Below, piece after piece: positions 23,201-33,600 of a stretch of DNA of 64,000 bases; position 1 is the stretch's first letter; each line of letters opens with the position of its first letter. The DNA is from Macrostomum lignano (lineage: Eukaryota), in contig NIVC01000691.1 of NCBI GenBank assembly GCA_002269645.1, positions 62,001 through 126,000 on the forward strand, given 5' to 3'. The notes beneath the pieces are model-generated. The model worked only from the letters and a program-made list of their open reading frames with translations, searched no databases and had not been told where the DNA came from. Made by a program: the position numbers and the translations under genes.

Positions 23201-24250
23201 GTTGCCTTGCATGGCGCTGACCAGGGCCTCTTTGAGGTGCGACTCGCACAGACCCGCCTTGACCACTGGCCTCCCGCACTCCCCGTCCTCCAGACCGCCT
23301 CCTGACGTCTCCTTCTGCTCCTGGACGCTGCACCGACCTCCAGTGCCCGCCACTCCGACAAGCTCCAGCTGAACGCCCCGCTCCAGCGCCGTCTGCCGAA
23401 CCTTCTCCAACGGCCAGTCTCTGAACGTCTCCACGCACTCCGACCCGTGGTGGCAGTGGAGTCCCTTGTTACCGCCGCAGCACTCCTGTCGAACAAACAG
23501 ACTGCCGCAGTCGCTGCAGAACTCCGCCTTGCACTGCCTGCACGTCAGGTGAAGACAGCCGCCTCGAGACAGCTCGAACTGGAAGCCGCACTTTGGACAC
23601 GAGCTGCCCCGACTCTCCAGGAACTGCGCCAGTCCGCGCTCGCTCAAGTCCGTCTGCTGACGCCACTCGCCGAACTTCTGGCAGCTCACGCCTCGGTGCC
23701 GCTCGTGCCACGCCTTGCCGCACTTCCTGCACGTCTCCTTGCCGCAGTGCGGGCACCGCACCTGCCTGTCGTGGTGCTCCGACACCTCGAAACCGTTCGA
23801 GCACCCGCTGCACCAGCAGAAGTTGTCCGTCAGCTTCAGTCGCCAGTCGCGCAGTCTCTCATCAAGCTTCTTCATCACTGCGGGCTTCAGCTGGCCCGCC
23901 AGCAGCCTCCGAAGCAGCGGAAAGTACTCGCACGACGTGTCCGTCAGAGCTCGGTCGTCCAGCTTGTCGCACACCGGACACGTCAGCACCGACACCGAGC
24001 TGTCGTTCATCAGGCGCACCTCGATCTGCTGGCACAGACAGTCGCTGCAGACCTCGCAGCCGCACAGGGGAACCTCGACCAGCTTCTTCTCGTCGATGCA
24101 CACCGGGCACTCTGCTGATGTCTGCAGCTCTGAGAGGTCAGTGGATTTTCCGCACACTGAGCAGATCAGCCTTCTGTGCAGTTGGCGACTCAGTGCTACA
24201 TTATTGATGAAGGCACAACACGGACACTGCCACTGCGATAGGCGTGGCAT
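20273..24250 (-). CDS. RNF31-like: Chimeric double-RBR HOIP-like E3 ligase, 1325 aa (NZF, type-B RBR, QRE coil, NZF, UBA, type-A RBR-LDD)
   Basis: Single ORF with two complete RING1-IBR-RING2 units: FELSRGGCLHLTC and YALAKGGCLHFTC...HPRDCLFYLRD...LCEKHYIEYLVSLVN..LDP. Confidence 0.88.
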   Translation of the reverse strand: MPRLSQWQCPCCAFINNVALSRQLHRRLICSVCGKSTDLSELQTSAECPVCIDEKKLVEVPLCGCEVCSDCLCQQIEVRLMNDSSVSVLTCPVCDKLDDRALTDTSCEYFPLLRRLLAGQLKPAVMKKLDERLRDWRLKLTDNFCWCSGCSNGFEVSEHHDRQVRCPHCGKETCRKCGKAWHERHRGVSCQKFGEWRQQTDLSERGLAQFLESRGSSCPKCGFQFELSRGGCLHLTCRQCKAEFCSDCGSLFVRQECCGGNKGLHCHHGSECVETFRDWPLEKVRQTALERGVQLELVGVAGTGGRCSVQEQKETSGGGLEDGECGRPVVKAGLCESHLKEALVSAMQGNKKKLREQQNLFLHLNQRGQFEVLNKANDFFEQQREQQKREQQQREQQQREQQQREQQQREQQKREQQQREQQQREQQQREQQQREQQQREQQQREQQQREQQQREQREREQREIEQQQREQREREQREREQQQREQREREQQQREQQKREQQQKREQQQKREQQQREQQQREQQQREQREIEQQQREQQQREQREIEQQQREQREREWESERDKEREIELIERERELIERERKLLERKRELLGRKQHQREQQQREQKQRNQNQREQQQREQREREWERERDKEREIELIERERELLEREHHQREQHQKEEQLYDNDLNKVFQPVRQPLSNDQDWSCSACTMLNPITAKSCAICQTPRELGGSDGIKLPFEVKPVARQRNPEMEAAANRQLMKLIQDIEFSGFDGRLGQLYLVATADDGAQSEAGFKVWVAEKWPALIEQVGCEVAKVLQDDNAGVRPSFDDIASAVLDNTCDLEAAIQICAQRHKAKVAWIAENCPELLQSAHEVNLDFQGDGDFTNFYQAENERVFRDFAQFLFRKEGQEPPKFDRMNESETSLHCLMGEFDLRKISDAKILFQLMQNSEFKGRDLYDLAEAAKSSNNRRDYVDFVKSFLGCECSCCGGEFPRHKLLPMASCQCELCHECFRNFVTTAMTGGGHVTDLCCPICQVPDPNQIEKLESHFKMLLQQINDIRFKQSEYKFDKNVLDLVEKKITEWNFFQDPNYRWCRCSSCGFEILLAEIMIGLKFQCPNCQAFTCKECKKPWKDQHEDIDCDLFEIWLKYNDPEYQEKGVGFFLQANGIECPNCRFQYALAKGGCLHFTCRMCRFQFCAGCDGEYTIIQGRGLSCKHPRDCLFYLRDFGVDRLQLLLNLHKVEFESEAENSVDKCEVMEQKEVGSGLKDEPCGVDVKPGQANLCEKHYIEYLVSLVNKQKLDPVSVMDEGELRGACLREGIDCSGVGENKVAALRALIAQQQPLVK
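22290..23110 (-). repeat. Coding QQQRE/ERE repeat
   Basis: Runs of ctctctctgctgctg on the plus strand, inside ORF 20273-24250. Confidence 0.9.
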
Positions 24251-25024
24251 GTTAGATTCTCAATCGAACAAAAACGTTATTTAGATTAATGATTTTATGC
24301 CTCGTAAAAGTCTTAACATTTGAGTTAATAAACATAACTAGCTATATAGAAAAGTAACGAGAATTTGAAGCTCCTGAGACTTTTTCAAACTTTGTTTTGC
24401 TAATTTCAAATTTTGTCTCTAAAAACAGTGGCTGTGCTTTGAAGTAAAAAAATAGTACAGTGACTCGAAAATATTGCTCGAAAAATAATAATCGATATTT
24501 ACTTAGACAAACAGGCACTTTGCCATAATACATCAGCTGATAAATACAATAGATAAGCACGAAGCGTGTAACACACAAAGTTTCAATATCATTCAAGCAG
24601 TTGTATCGCGACGAAAATGAAAGGCAAAAATAATAAAAATGAGCACATTGTAACAAATACGATTGCCTCCATTCATTATATCGTAAGTGAATTGTAGTCA
24701 AACCTGCCATCAAAAAAACTGTCTGCAATTATCACTCGTTAATATATAAAACTTTGAGTATAATTATTGCATAGCACAAGCATGTCAACAGTACAACCAG
24801 TAACATTGGGACACCAACGCTGAGACCAAAAAAGTGAAAAAGCAAATGATTAAAACAAATATACTATAAACTTGCACACTTGCGTCAAAGACAAAAATAA
24901 TCGCACAAGTTGCATTCAGCACAGTGACGCAGAAATGCTGCATCAGGTCCTCGATTTTGCACTAATAGCTAGTGAGAAATCACAAACATTTTTGCATGAT
25001 CCAAAGCAGCTTTTTAGTTAGAGG

Positions 25025-25390
25025 CAGGCAGGAGGTTGTGTGCACCCTGGCGCACTTTAAGCGACATTGTCACACAACCGGCAAGAGGCATTACTGCCCA
25101 TTACGCCGACTCCCCTGAGCAGGCGCACAAGCGCGCGGATACGTACGCAGTCATACGCACAGGCACACACTCACACAGGAGTGTACAGCGGCCCTGACTT
25201 TATTTATCGTTAGGCATGTACACTTCACTGTGCCCTGGGGGTTGGCCCTCAAGGTGGGCGTTAATTGCACGAGCAGAGCCAAGCTGAGATTCCAATTTAG
25301 CCCCAAATTAATGCGACTGCATTTGGAATCGAGCCTGGACCGCTGGCACATTAGAGCGCCGCGCTGGACCACTGGACTGCGGGTCCTCTC
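25025..25390 (-). mobile_element. SINE family B, copy 2
   Basis: Reverse complement of 2902-3270 (gtgcaccctggcgcactttaagcgacattgtc...ggaatcgagcctgg). Confidence 0.75.
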
Positions 25391-25898
25391 TAAAACAGCC
25401 AGGTTACTAGGCCATAGGACTAGGGCAAATTGTTGATACACTGACAAATGGAACGCTTTTTCCCCAGCTATTGGTTTTATAATTAAATTAATATCTATAT
25501 GAATTGCACGGCACTAAATGAAGCACACGTTTTTTTGCCTTTGCGGCTAATTTAGAATTAAACTAAGTCATCTAACGCTTACGTCTGACAACACATGATA
25601 AAACTAGTAATCATTTTAATAGAAATGCTAGGCTGAGCATTAAACATAATGTTTAATAAAAATCTAATAATTTGACTAAAATATATCGCAGTATTTGCAT
25701 TCACGTGTGGAGACAATTTGATGAGATTGGAGAGAAAAAAATGCTAGATTAAATACATTAGACTCCTGGAGAGATTGGTTAAAAGTCAGTCTGCATTAGA
25801 TAAGGATATTGAGTAATTAGAAGCTAAATACTTGCATAATACAATTGGAACAATTCAAAAGTATTTTATTCAACATTGCCGTCTACATTCTGTGCGAT

Positions 25899-28133
25899 CT
25901 AATTCTGTTGTTGATAGTGGTAAGATTTTAGATTCTGTTGAGTCGCATTTATTGGCTGAAACGGGCTCGTGAACTGCTGCATTCTTGAGCTCATGCTCTG
26001 CATTGGCGGTACTGGTGAGTTCATGCTCTGCATTGGCTGCATTCTTGAGTTCATGCTCTGCATTGGCGGTACTGGTGAGTTCATGCTCTGCATTGGCGGT
26101 ACTGGTGAGTTCATGCTCTGCATTGGCGGTACTGGTGAGTTCATGCTCTGCATTGGCTGCATTCTTGAGTTCATGCTCTGCATTGGCGGTACTTGTAAGT
26201 TCATGCTCTGCATTGGCGGTACTGGTGAGTTCATGCTCTGCATTGGCGGTACTGGTGAGTTCATGCTCTGCATTGGCTGCATTGAGTTCATGCTCTGCAT
26301 TGGCTGCATTGAGTTCATGCTCTGCATTGGCTGCATTGAGTTCATGCTCTGCATTGGCTGCATTGAGTTCATGCTCTGCATTGGCTGCATTGAGTTCATG
26401 CTCTGCATTGGCTGCATTGAGTTCATGCTCTGCATTGGCTGCATTGAGTTCATGCTCTGCATTGGCTGCATTGAGTTCAAGCTCTGCATTGGCTGCATTG
26501 AGTTCATGCTCTGCATTGGCTGTCTGTAATGCGACGGTCTCAAGCTCTGATTCGGCAGCAGAGGCGGTGGAGGCCGAGCGAACCAGTTAGTCACAGAAGG
26601 TATGGAAGTCCTGACTGCCTGCAACGCTGTTGTGCCACCTCCAGGCCTTTGATTCGAGGTCACAGAAGCGGCAGCTGCTGGTGAGTCGCACATCTCACAG
26701 CTGGCAGGCGAACCGGATTCAACGTTGACCGGCGAGTTGACATTGTGGCACAGGCTGCAGATCCACGGCTGCTGCGGAGCGGCCTCCTGCGGCGTAGAAG
26801 TCGGCAGTAACGGCGGAGGCAGGAGCGTCATCATTTCAATGAGCATCGGAGTGAGCTTGAACTCCACTGGACTGGATGCGGCAGGGGCGGCGGCGGCGGT
26901 GACTGCCTGCTTGACTTTCCTGCCACGCATGGCGCTGGCCAGGGCCTCCTTGAGGTGCGACTCGCACAGACCCGACTCGACGACCGGCCTCCCGCACTCC
27001 CCGTCCTCCAGACCGCCTCCTGATGTCTCCTTCTGCTCCTGGATGCTGCACCGACCTCCAGCGACCGCCACTCCGACAAGCTCCAGCTGAACGCCCCGCT
27101 CCAGCGCCGTCTGCCGAACCTTCTCCAACGGCCAGTCTCTGAACGTCTCCACGCACTCCGACCCGTGGTGGCAGTGGAGTCCCTTGTTCCCGCCGCAGCA
27201 CTCCTGTCGAACAAACAGACTGCCGCAGTCGCTGCAGAACTCCGCCTTGCACTGCCTGCACGTCAGGTGAAGACAGCCGCCTCGAGACAGCTCGAACTGG
27301 AAGCCGCACTTTGGACACGAGCTGCCCCGACTCTCCAGGAACTGCGCCAGTCCGCGCTCGCTCAAGTCCGTCTGCTGACGCCACTCGCCGAACTGCTGGC
27401 AGCTCACGCCTCGGTGCCGCTCGTGCCACGCCTTGCCGCACTTCCTGCACGTCTCCTTGCCGCAGTGCGGACACCGGATCGCCAACTCCTCGACGTTGTC
27501 GTCAACTTCAAAGCCGAATGCGCAGCCGCTGCACCACATGAAGTTGCGGCTTCGCTCCAGACGCCAGTCGCGCAGTCTGTCGTCGAGCTGCTGCATCAGG
27601 TCGCGGCTGAGCCGGCCCGCTAGCAGACTCCGCAGCTGGGGAAAGTACTCACAGCTGGGATCGGCCAGGGTGTCCGAATCTGGCCGGCTGCAAACCGGAC
27701 AAGCAAGCCGGTCAGCCGAGCCGTGACTGCGCAAGCTGACTCGGACGAATCTACACAGACAGTCGCTGCAGAGCCGACAGCCGCACAGAGGGACTGTCAG
27801 AAGTGTTAGCTGCGACTCCAGGCACAGCGGACAGTCGCCACAGTCGGAGTAATCGGCAACCGCAGTCGGTGCAGCGTGGGGAACGCCAACGGGCTCGCTA
27901 GATTTGCCGCAGACTTCGCAGATGAGTCGACTGGAACCGGCGGTGCGACGCGTCTCAGCCAGCTGATTCTCGTAGGTGCAGTGACGGCAGCGCCAAGTGG
28001 CAGCGCTGCTGCTGTTCTTCTTGACAGTTGCCTTGTTTTTATGACTTTTTTGTTTTTGTTTTTCATTCTGATGCAGCTGGAATGAGGCTGAATGATTGCC
28101 TCTACGTTTGGAGCTGCTGACGCTCGATGTGGC
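25899..28133 (-). CDS. RNF31-like: HOIP-like type-B RBR E3 ligase with C-terminal NZF and PMQSMNS repeat tail; start probably in an unidentified upstream exon
   Basis: WRCRHCTYEN..LICEVCGK (NZF), RING1, IBR, FELSRGGCLHLTC, WICSLCHNVN (NZF). No in-frame ATG upstream of the domains; candidate acceptor TTATTCCAG|GCC at 28133. Confidence 0.8.
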   Translation of the reverse strand, partial: ATSSVSSSKRRGNHSASFQLHQNEKQKQKSHKNKATVKKNSSSAATWRCRHCTYENQLAETRRTAGSSRLICEVCGKSSEPVGVPHAAPTAVADYSDCGDCPLCLESQLTLLTVPLCGCRLCSDCLCRFVRVSLRSHGSADRLACPVCSRPDSDTLADPSCEYFPQLRSLLAGRLSRDLMQQLDDRLRDWRLERSRNFMWCSGCAFGFEVDDNVEELAIRCPHCGKETCRKCGKAWHERHRGVSCQQFGEWRQQTDLSERGLAQFLESRGSSCPKCGFQFELSRGGCLHLTCRQCKAEFCSDCGSLFVRQECCGGNKGLHCHHGSECVETFRDWPLEKVRQTALERGVQLELVGVAVAGGRCSIQEQKETSGGGLEDGECGRPVVESGLCESHLKEALASAMRGRKVKQAVTAAAAPAASSPVEFKLTPMLIEMMTLLPPPLLPTSTPQEAAPQQPWICSLCHNVNSPVNVESGSPASCEMCDSPAAAASVTSNQRPGGGTTALQAVRTSIPSVTNWFARPPPPLLPNQSLRPSHYRQPMQSMNSMQPMQSLNSMQPMQSMNSMQPMQSMNSMQPMQSMNSMQPMQSMNSMQPMQSMNSMQPMQSMNSMQPMQSMNSMQPMQSMNSPVPPMQSMNSPVPPMQSMNLQVPPMQSMNSRMQPMQSMNSPVPPMQSMNSPVPPMQSMNSPVPPMQSMNSRMQPMQSMNSPVPPMQSMSSRMQQFTSPFQPINATQQNLKSYHYQQQN
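25975..26520 (-). repeat. Coding minisatellite: 27-bp (PMQSMNSMQ) and 33-bp (PMQSMNSPVPP) units
   Basis: gagttcatgctctgcattggc repeated about 19 times with two alternative spacers. Confidence 0.9.
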
Positions 28134-28292
28134 CTGGAATAATATCACAGTATTTTTAACAATGTGTACCAGCTTCTATAATAATACTTTCCTAATTCCA
28201 TCGTATATGCCCTTTTCTGAGAAAACTTCTAACGTCAACTGAAGTGTACAACTTATTTATTTAATATCTAAAGTTGGTTTCTTAACAATTTA

Positions 28293-28767
28293 CGAGGGGT
28301 GTCCCAAAAGTTTCCGGAATCTGTGCTTTAGCTCATCAGTACCTTGACCAATTTTTGTGTTTATGTGTCAAACTAAAGATATTTTTTCAACAAAAAAGCT
28401 TGTCATTTTAATTTCCTGTTTATCTGGTTTCGGTTAATAGTTTCACCAGGAAATGTGAAGGAAGGTCAGTACTAGTGTTACACAACCTCGAATGTCTGTG
28501 TTGTCCTTTTTCCATCATCAATTTTTTGCAAAGTTAACTTTGAATTCATGAGAAAGATGTGGAAATGAATGAAAATGAATGAAACCAGTAAAATTGCTGA
28601 TCAGATCTAGTAGTGCCAGCGCTTGCTTATACTATACCAAATGCTTGCTTTTGGCTGAAGACTTAAAGATAATGAGTTCTCTCCATAGCCTTGAGTCAGC
28701 GGAGTCTAAGTAGTGAGGTACTGAGGAGCTAGAGCAAAGATTCCGGGAACTTTTGGGACACCCCTCG
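28293..28767. mobile_element. Non-autonomous Tc1/mariner MITE (475 bp)
   Basis: TA|CGAGGGGTGTCCCAAAAGTTTCCGGAATCT ... AGATTCCGGGAACTTTTGGGACACCCCTCG|TA: ~30-bp TIRs, TA target duplication, no ORF. Confidence 0.85.
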
Positions 28768-30600
28768 TACCCTAAAATGGTTTTCCAAAGACAAGTTTTT
28801 GCCACTTAAAAGACAAAATTTCAATTTTCCAGCAAACTTTACGACATCAGGACAGTAGTAGCAATTGAAGGAGCAATTAAGCACTTGGTAACAGGCATAC
28901 CAAAATGATTATACTGTCTGATAAGTTTACGGACAAGTGAATACGTTTTCGGGGAAAAGACGATTAATATACTAGTAACCTGAGTGTTAACATTCTATTC
29001 TATGGTATACTTCAGGATCCTATAAAAAGGTAATAAAATTCATGTTACAGCGAGTAGTCAAAATTTATAAAAAAATAAAAGAAAGTTAACTGAACACATG
29101 AACTTCAAAAAGGTATTGTATTGGTGTGGTTTTTACTTGGAGTTAAACTAAAGAAAACTTTCAAATTGAAAAAGATTGTTGTCAATAGCAAAAAAGCAAT
29201 AAAGCGCGACCCCAATTCTGAATAATCAAAAGCTATCGTGTCTCTTCAACTCGCTGTTTAAATATTTGATGCACAAGGTTATTAGAACAAAAAAAAATAT
29301 GTTTTGATGAGAACAGGATTTTGTAGAATTTTGTATGAAAATAACTGATACCGAAGAGAATAAAATATTTTATGGCAGAAATGTTTCTAGAAAAATTATC
29401 ATGTACATGAAAGTTGGAAATCAAAACACTAAAATTAAGAACGGCTTAATAATATTCTTCAACTCTATTATTTACTCGAAGTTTTGTTCTTGAGCTTAAT
29501 TGACTAAATCTCCATACCCCGTGCATAGGTTAGATTAAAGATTAAAAATCATTATCATTCATGACTTGTTCAAGTTAACCTTTAACTGATTCAATATCTA
29601 GTACTACACAATATTTCATTTCATCAGTACTAAATTCAATTAAACTCATATTCAATTAAAACATGCGAAAGATCAATTCCGACAAGGTCATGCAACCATG
29701 TGGATGCAGAAATTCAGTAAAGATAAACTCTCACTCAAAATAGACAGCGGTTTCAAGAAAAACTTACTGAAACGTTATGTGACTAAACCTCGCAATGAAA
29801 AGCCTTTGGTTTAGAGGAGCAAAAAATCAATTGAAACAAATTCTTTTTCTAAAAGACGGTGTTGGCTGAACATATTTTCTTTAAATATATATTCAGTAGA
29901 GAAAGAAAACATGAACGAAGAGCAAGAGGATGATTCGCAACGTGACTTTTTATTTTTTAATGTGTCTTTTGATGTTCCTGTGTGCTGTGCATGTGGCCAT
30001 TTTCTGGAAAGTCTAACCAAAGATTACGAGTTTTTCGAAATGAGAGAGAACAGGTTGAATAGAAAGGAAGTTGGATGCAAACAAATAATCACAAAATATT
30101 AAGCAATCTGTCATTGACTTGTCTGCATTGGTTTTCTTTCTCTGCGTGAATTGAATGCCAGTTTGATCAATAGGAAGGCTTTTTAGTACTTCTATAATAT
30201 TTATATAAATTAATACCCTTTTGTGTTAAAAAGCCGAAAAATACGTTATATTTAAAAAGCAGATATTAATTGGGATAAGCACATATACGAGCGTATTCTC
30301 ATTCATTTGTTCTGATTTTAAAGCACGACGAAATATTGTGTTATATGGATGAGCGTCTGGATAAACATTCAATAGAAAAACACTTCAACCAATGTAAAAA
30401 GTTAGTAAATCAATCGATCAAAGTCGATATCGATCAAATCGAGCCGTCTTAATACGACTAAGACGGCACTTGATGGATCTATTAAACGGAAACAAATTAG
30501 CACAATGCGGAAAAGAAACGATATAGTGCTGTTGTCAATGGTAGAGACAATAAAACTTCTACGAAAAAAGCTATCAGATTTTTTCAAAGAACTTTCAGTG

Positions 30601-33600
30601 TTAATTTTGTGCCCCAAGCGGAACATTTGCTACAATCATATCTCGAAGAGCATCTAGACTATTTGCGGGTACTCCCGAGCAATCGATTCCATGACGGTTG
30701 CACACTGCTCGCAATTCGTTTTCCTCCATCACGCTAACGGGATCCAGCCTTTTTCTGTTAATCAGCGCTACAAGGTATTCAATGTAGTGCTTTTCGCACA
30801 GGTTTGCCTGACCAGGATTAACTTTGGCTCCACAGGCTTCGTCGGACAAGGTGTCTTTCTGCATCATTAATTGACACTCTTCGACAGCTGGTTCAATATC
30901 CTTCTTAAACTCTACTTCGTGAGACAGCAGTAGCTGCTGCAATCGATTCACACCATAGTCTCTTATGTAGTACAGACAGTCTCTCGGATGTTTACATGCT
31001 AAGCCCTTACCTGACTTATCAGTAAAGAATTCTCCTTTGCAGCCAGCACAGAATTGAAATTTACACTTTCTGCACGTAAAGTGTTCACATCCACCCTTTG
31101 AAAGCTCGTACTGATACCGACAATTCGGACACTGAATACCGTTTTCCCTTAGAAAAGATGCTACTTCTTCTTCCTGATACTTTGGATCATTGTCTTGAAG
31201 CCATTGCTCGAATTGATCACAGCTAAGCTCTTCGTGCTGATCCCTCCAGGGCTTGTTGCAGTCTTTGCAAGAATGTTTGTGGCACTCGGGGCACTGATAT
31301 TTTTTGCCAAGAATTATATCTGGAAGCATCAGTCCGGTGCGGCACTGGCTGCACCAGCGAAAGTTATCATCGAGATAAAGATTCCACTCAGCGATTTTAT
31401 TCTCAATGAGATCCACATCCTGTTTCTCAAATCGCACCGTATCGTGGTGAAAGTTTCGAATCTGATCCAAAAGAGTGGCGAAATGACTTTGCAGCTCTTC
31501 GGTTTGATTGGCATTCGGCTTGGTACAGTATGGGCAGTGAAGCTCTGTGACATGCCTGTTGTTTCGAATCACGGAACAAACAAACATGTGAAAACACTCA
31601 TGGCAAAACTCACATTGGCAAGAAGCCATTAACAGCAGTTTATGCTTTGGATATGGTTCAAAACAGGACTTGCATTCATAACTGAAGTACTTTTGCACTG
31701 ATTCAACATCAAAGCAGTTCTTAGCAGCTTCAGCAAGGTCTTTAATGTCGTAGCATTTCAGCATGTCGATGCAAAGAAAGTTTCTAAATCTCTCTGCATC
31801 TTCGATTTTTCTTATGTCAAACTCTCCCATCAGACAGTAAAAGGAAGCTTTGCTAGTGTTCATCTGCCGAAATTTAGGCTCCTCAGTTCCTTCCTTAGAA
31901 AATAAAAACTTGGCAAAGTCATTGAATGCGCGCTGATTTTCCATTTCAAATAAGTTAGTCTGATCGCCTTGCATATCAAGGTTTACCTCATGGGGTGACT
32001 GCAGCAATTCCGGGCAATTTTCGGCAATCCAAGCGACCTTTGCTACGTGACGCTGGGCGCACAGCTGGATAGCCGCTTCAAGATCGCATGTGTTGTCTAA
32101 AACAGCAGATGCGATTTCGTCAAATGAGGGTCGCAATATCACATCAGCCACACCTGCATGAGTATCCTGCAATACTTTTGCAACTTCGCAACCGACCTGC
32201 TCAATCAGTGCCGGCCATTTTTCTGCTACCCAGGCCTTGAATCCAGCCTCCGACTGGGCGCCATCATCAGCAGTTGCCACCAAATACAGCTGGCCCAGCC
32301 GACCATCGAAGCCAGAAAATTCGATATCTTGTATAAGCTTCATCAGCTGTCTGTTTGCAGCCGCCTCCATCTCTGGATTTCGCTGACGGGCTACTGGCTT
32401 GACCTCAAAGGGAAGCTTGATACCGTCACTGCCACCGAGTTCGCGTGGAGTTTGGCAAATTGCGCAAGACTTTGCAGTAATGGGATTAAGCATTGTACAT
32501 GCGGAGCAAGACCAATCTTGTTCATTGGACAGCGGTTCTTGTTTAGGCTTCAGTGGTGCGCGATCTGGAATCTCCACCTGCTTTGGAGCTTCTGGCTGTT
32601 TTACTGCTGGCTCCTGCTGCTGTTTTTTGACCTTTGCAATAATTTCCTTATCGTCGCAAGTCATCGAACAAACTGAGCATATGACGCGGCTACTTTTTAT
32701 TAGCTTCGTCTCGGCTATAGGATTTAGCGCCGTACAAACGGGGCAAGGCCAACTGTTCGCTTCCGTTGGTTCGGTAGGCACCGGCCTTGGAGGCAACTGC
32801 TGCTGCGGAGGGGGTGGAGCTGTCTCAGGTTTCGGCACAATTGATTTAGACAGACGTGGCTTGGGCTTCGGTATCGATTGTGGCTGTTGAGGCGGTTGCG
32901 GTGGCTGCGGAGCTGGCAGCGATGGCTGCGGAGGTAGCTGATCTGAGCAGTCAAAAAACTCTTCTTCAGGCGTCGGCGGTCGACGAATGTCGCCAGCTGG
33001 CTTCGAAAAGCTGCGCTCCTCGCTAATAGGCTTTAACGACATCATGAACTCATTGAGTTTCATTACACGGGCATCTGACTCGCTGGTATCGCTAGGCTGC
33101 TGTCGCGGTGGCTGCTGTGGCTGTTGTTGAGGTAAAACATATCGCGGTTTTTGTCCAGGATACTGCGGCGGTGGAACCCTCGGAGGCGGCACAGCAACAG
33201 CAGGTGCAGCAGCAGCAGCAGCAGCAACAGGCGCAGGTTGCTGCTGCTGTTGAGCTAGATTTGGACTATTATTACCCATGAGACCAAGTTGAGACTTATA
33301 ACTAACCGCTTGACTGTTTGACACAACCTTTCTAACTCCAGAGTTCAACTGCACACTGGCAGGTCCCACCACGCCCGGTGGCAGCAACCGCACAGCGTTG
33401 GATCCGACGGCGTCGCTGATTTTTCGTCGATTATGACTGCGCCGGTCCGGATGCCCGTGCCAGCGTCCGTCGCAACTCTCGCACAGGCGCCGCTTGGAGC
33501 AGTGCTTCTCCTGGCAGGCCACCGTTGCCGCGGCCTCGCCGCACAGGTCGCAATTCTGGTTGAGTTTGCGCTGCATTGCGTTTACTCTATCCTGCATTCC

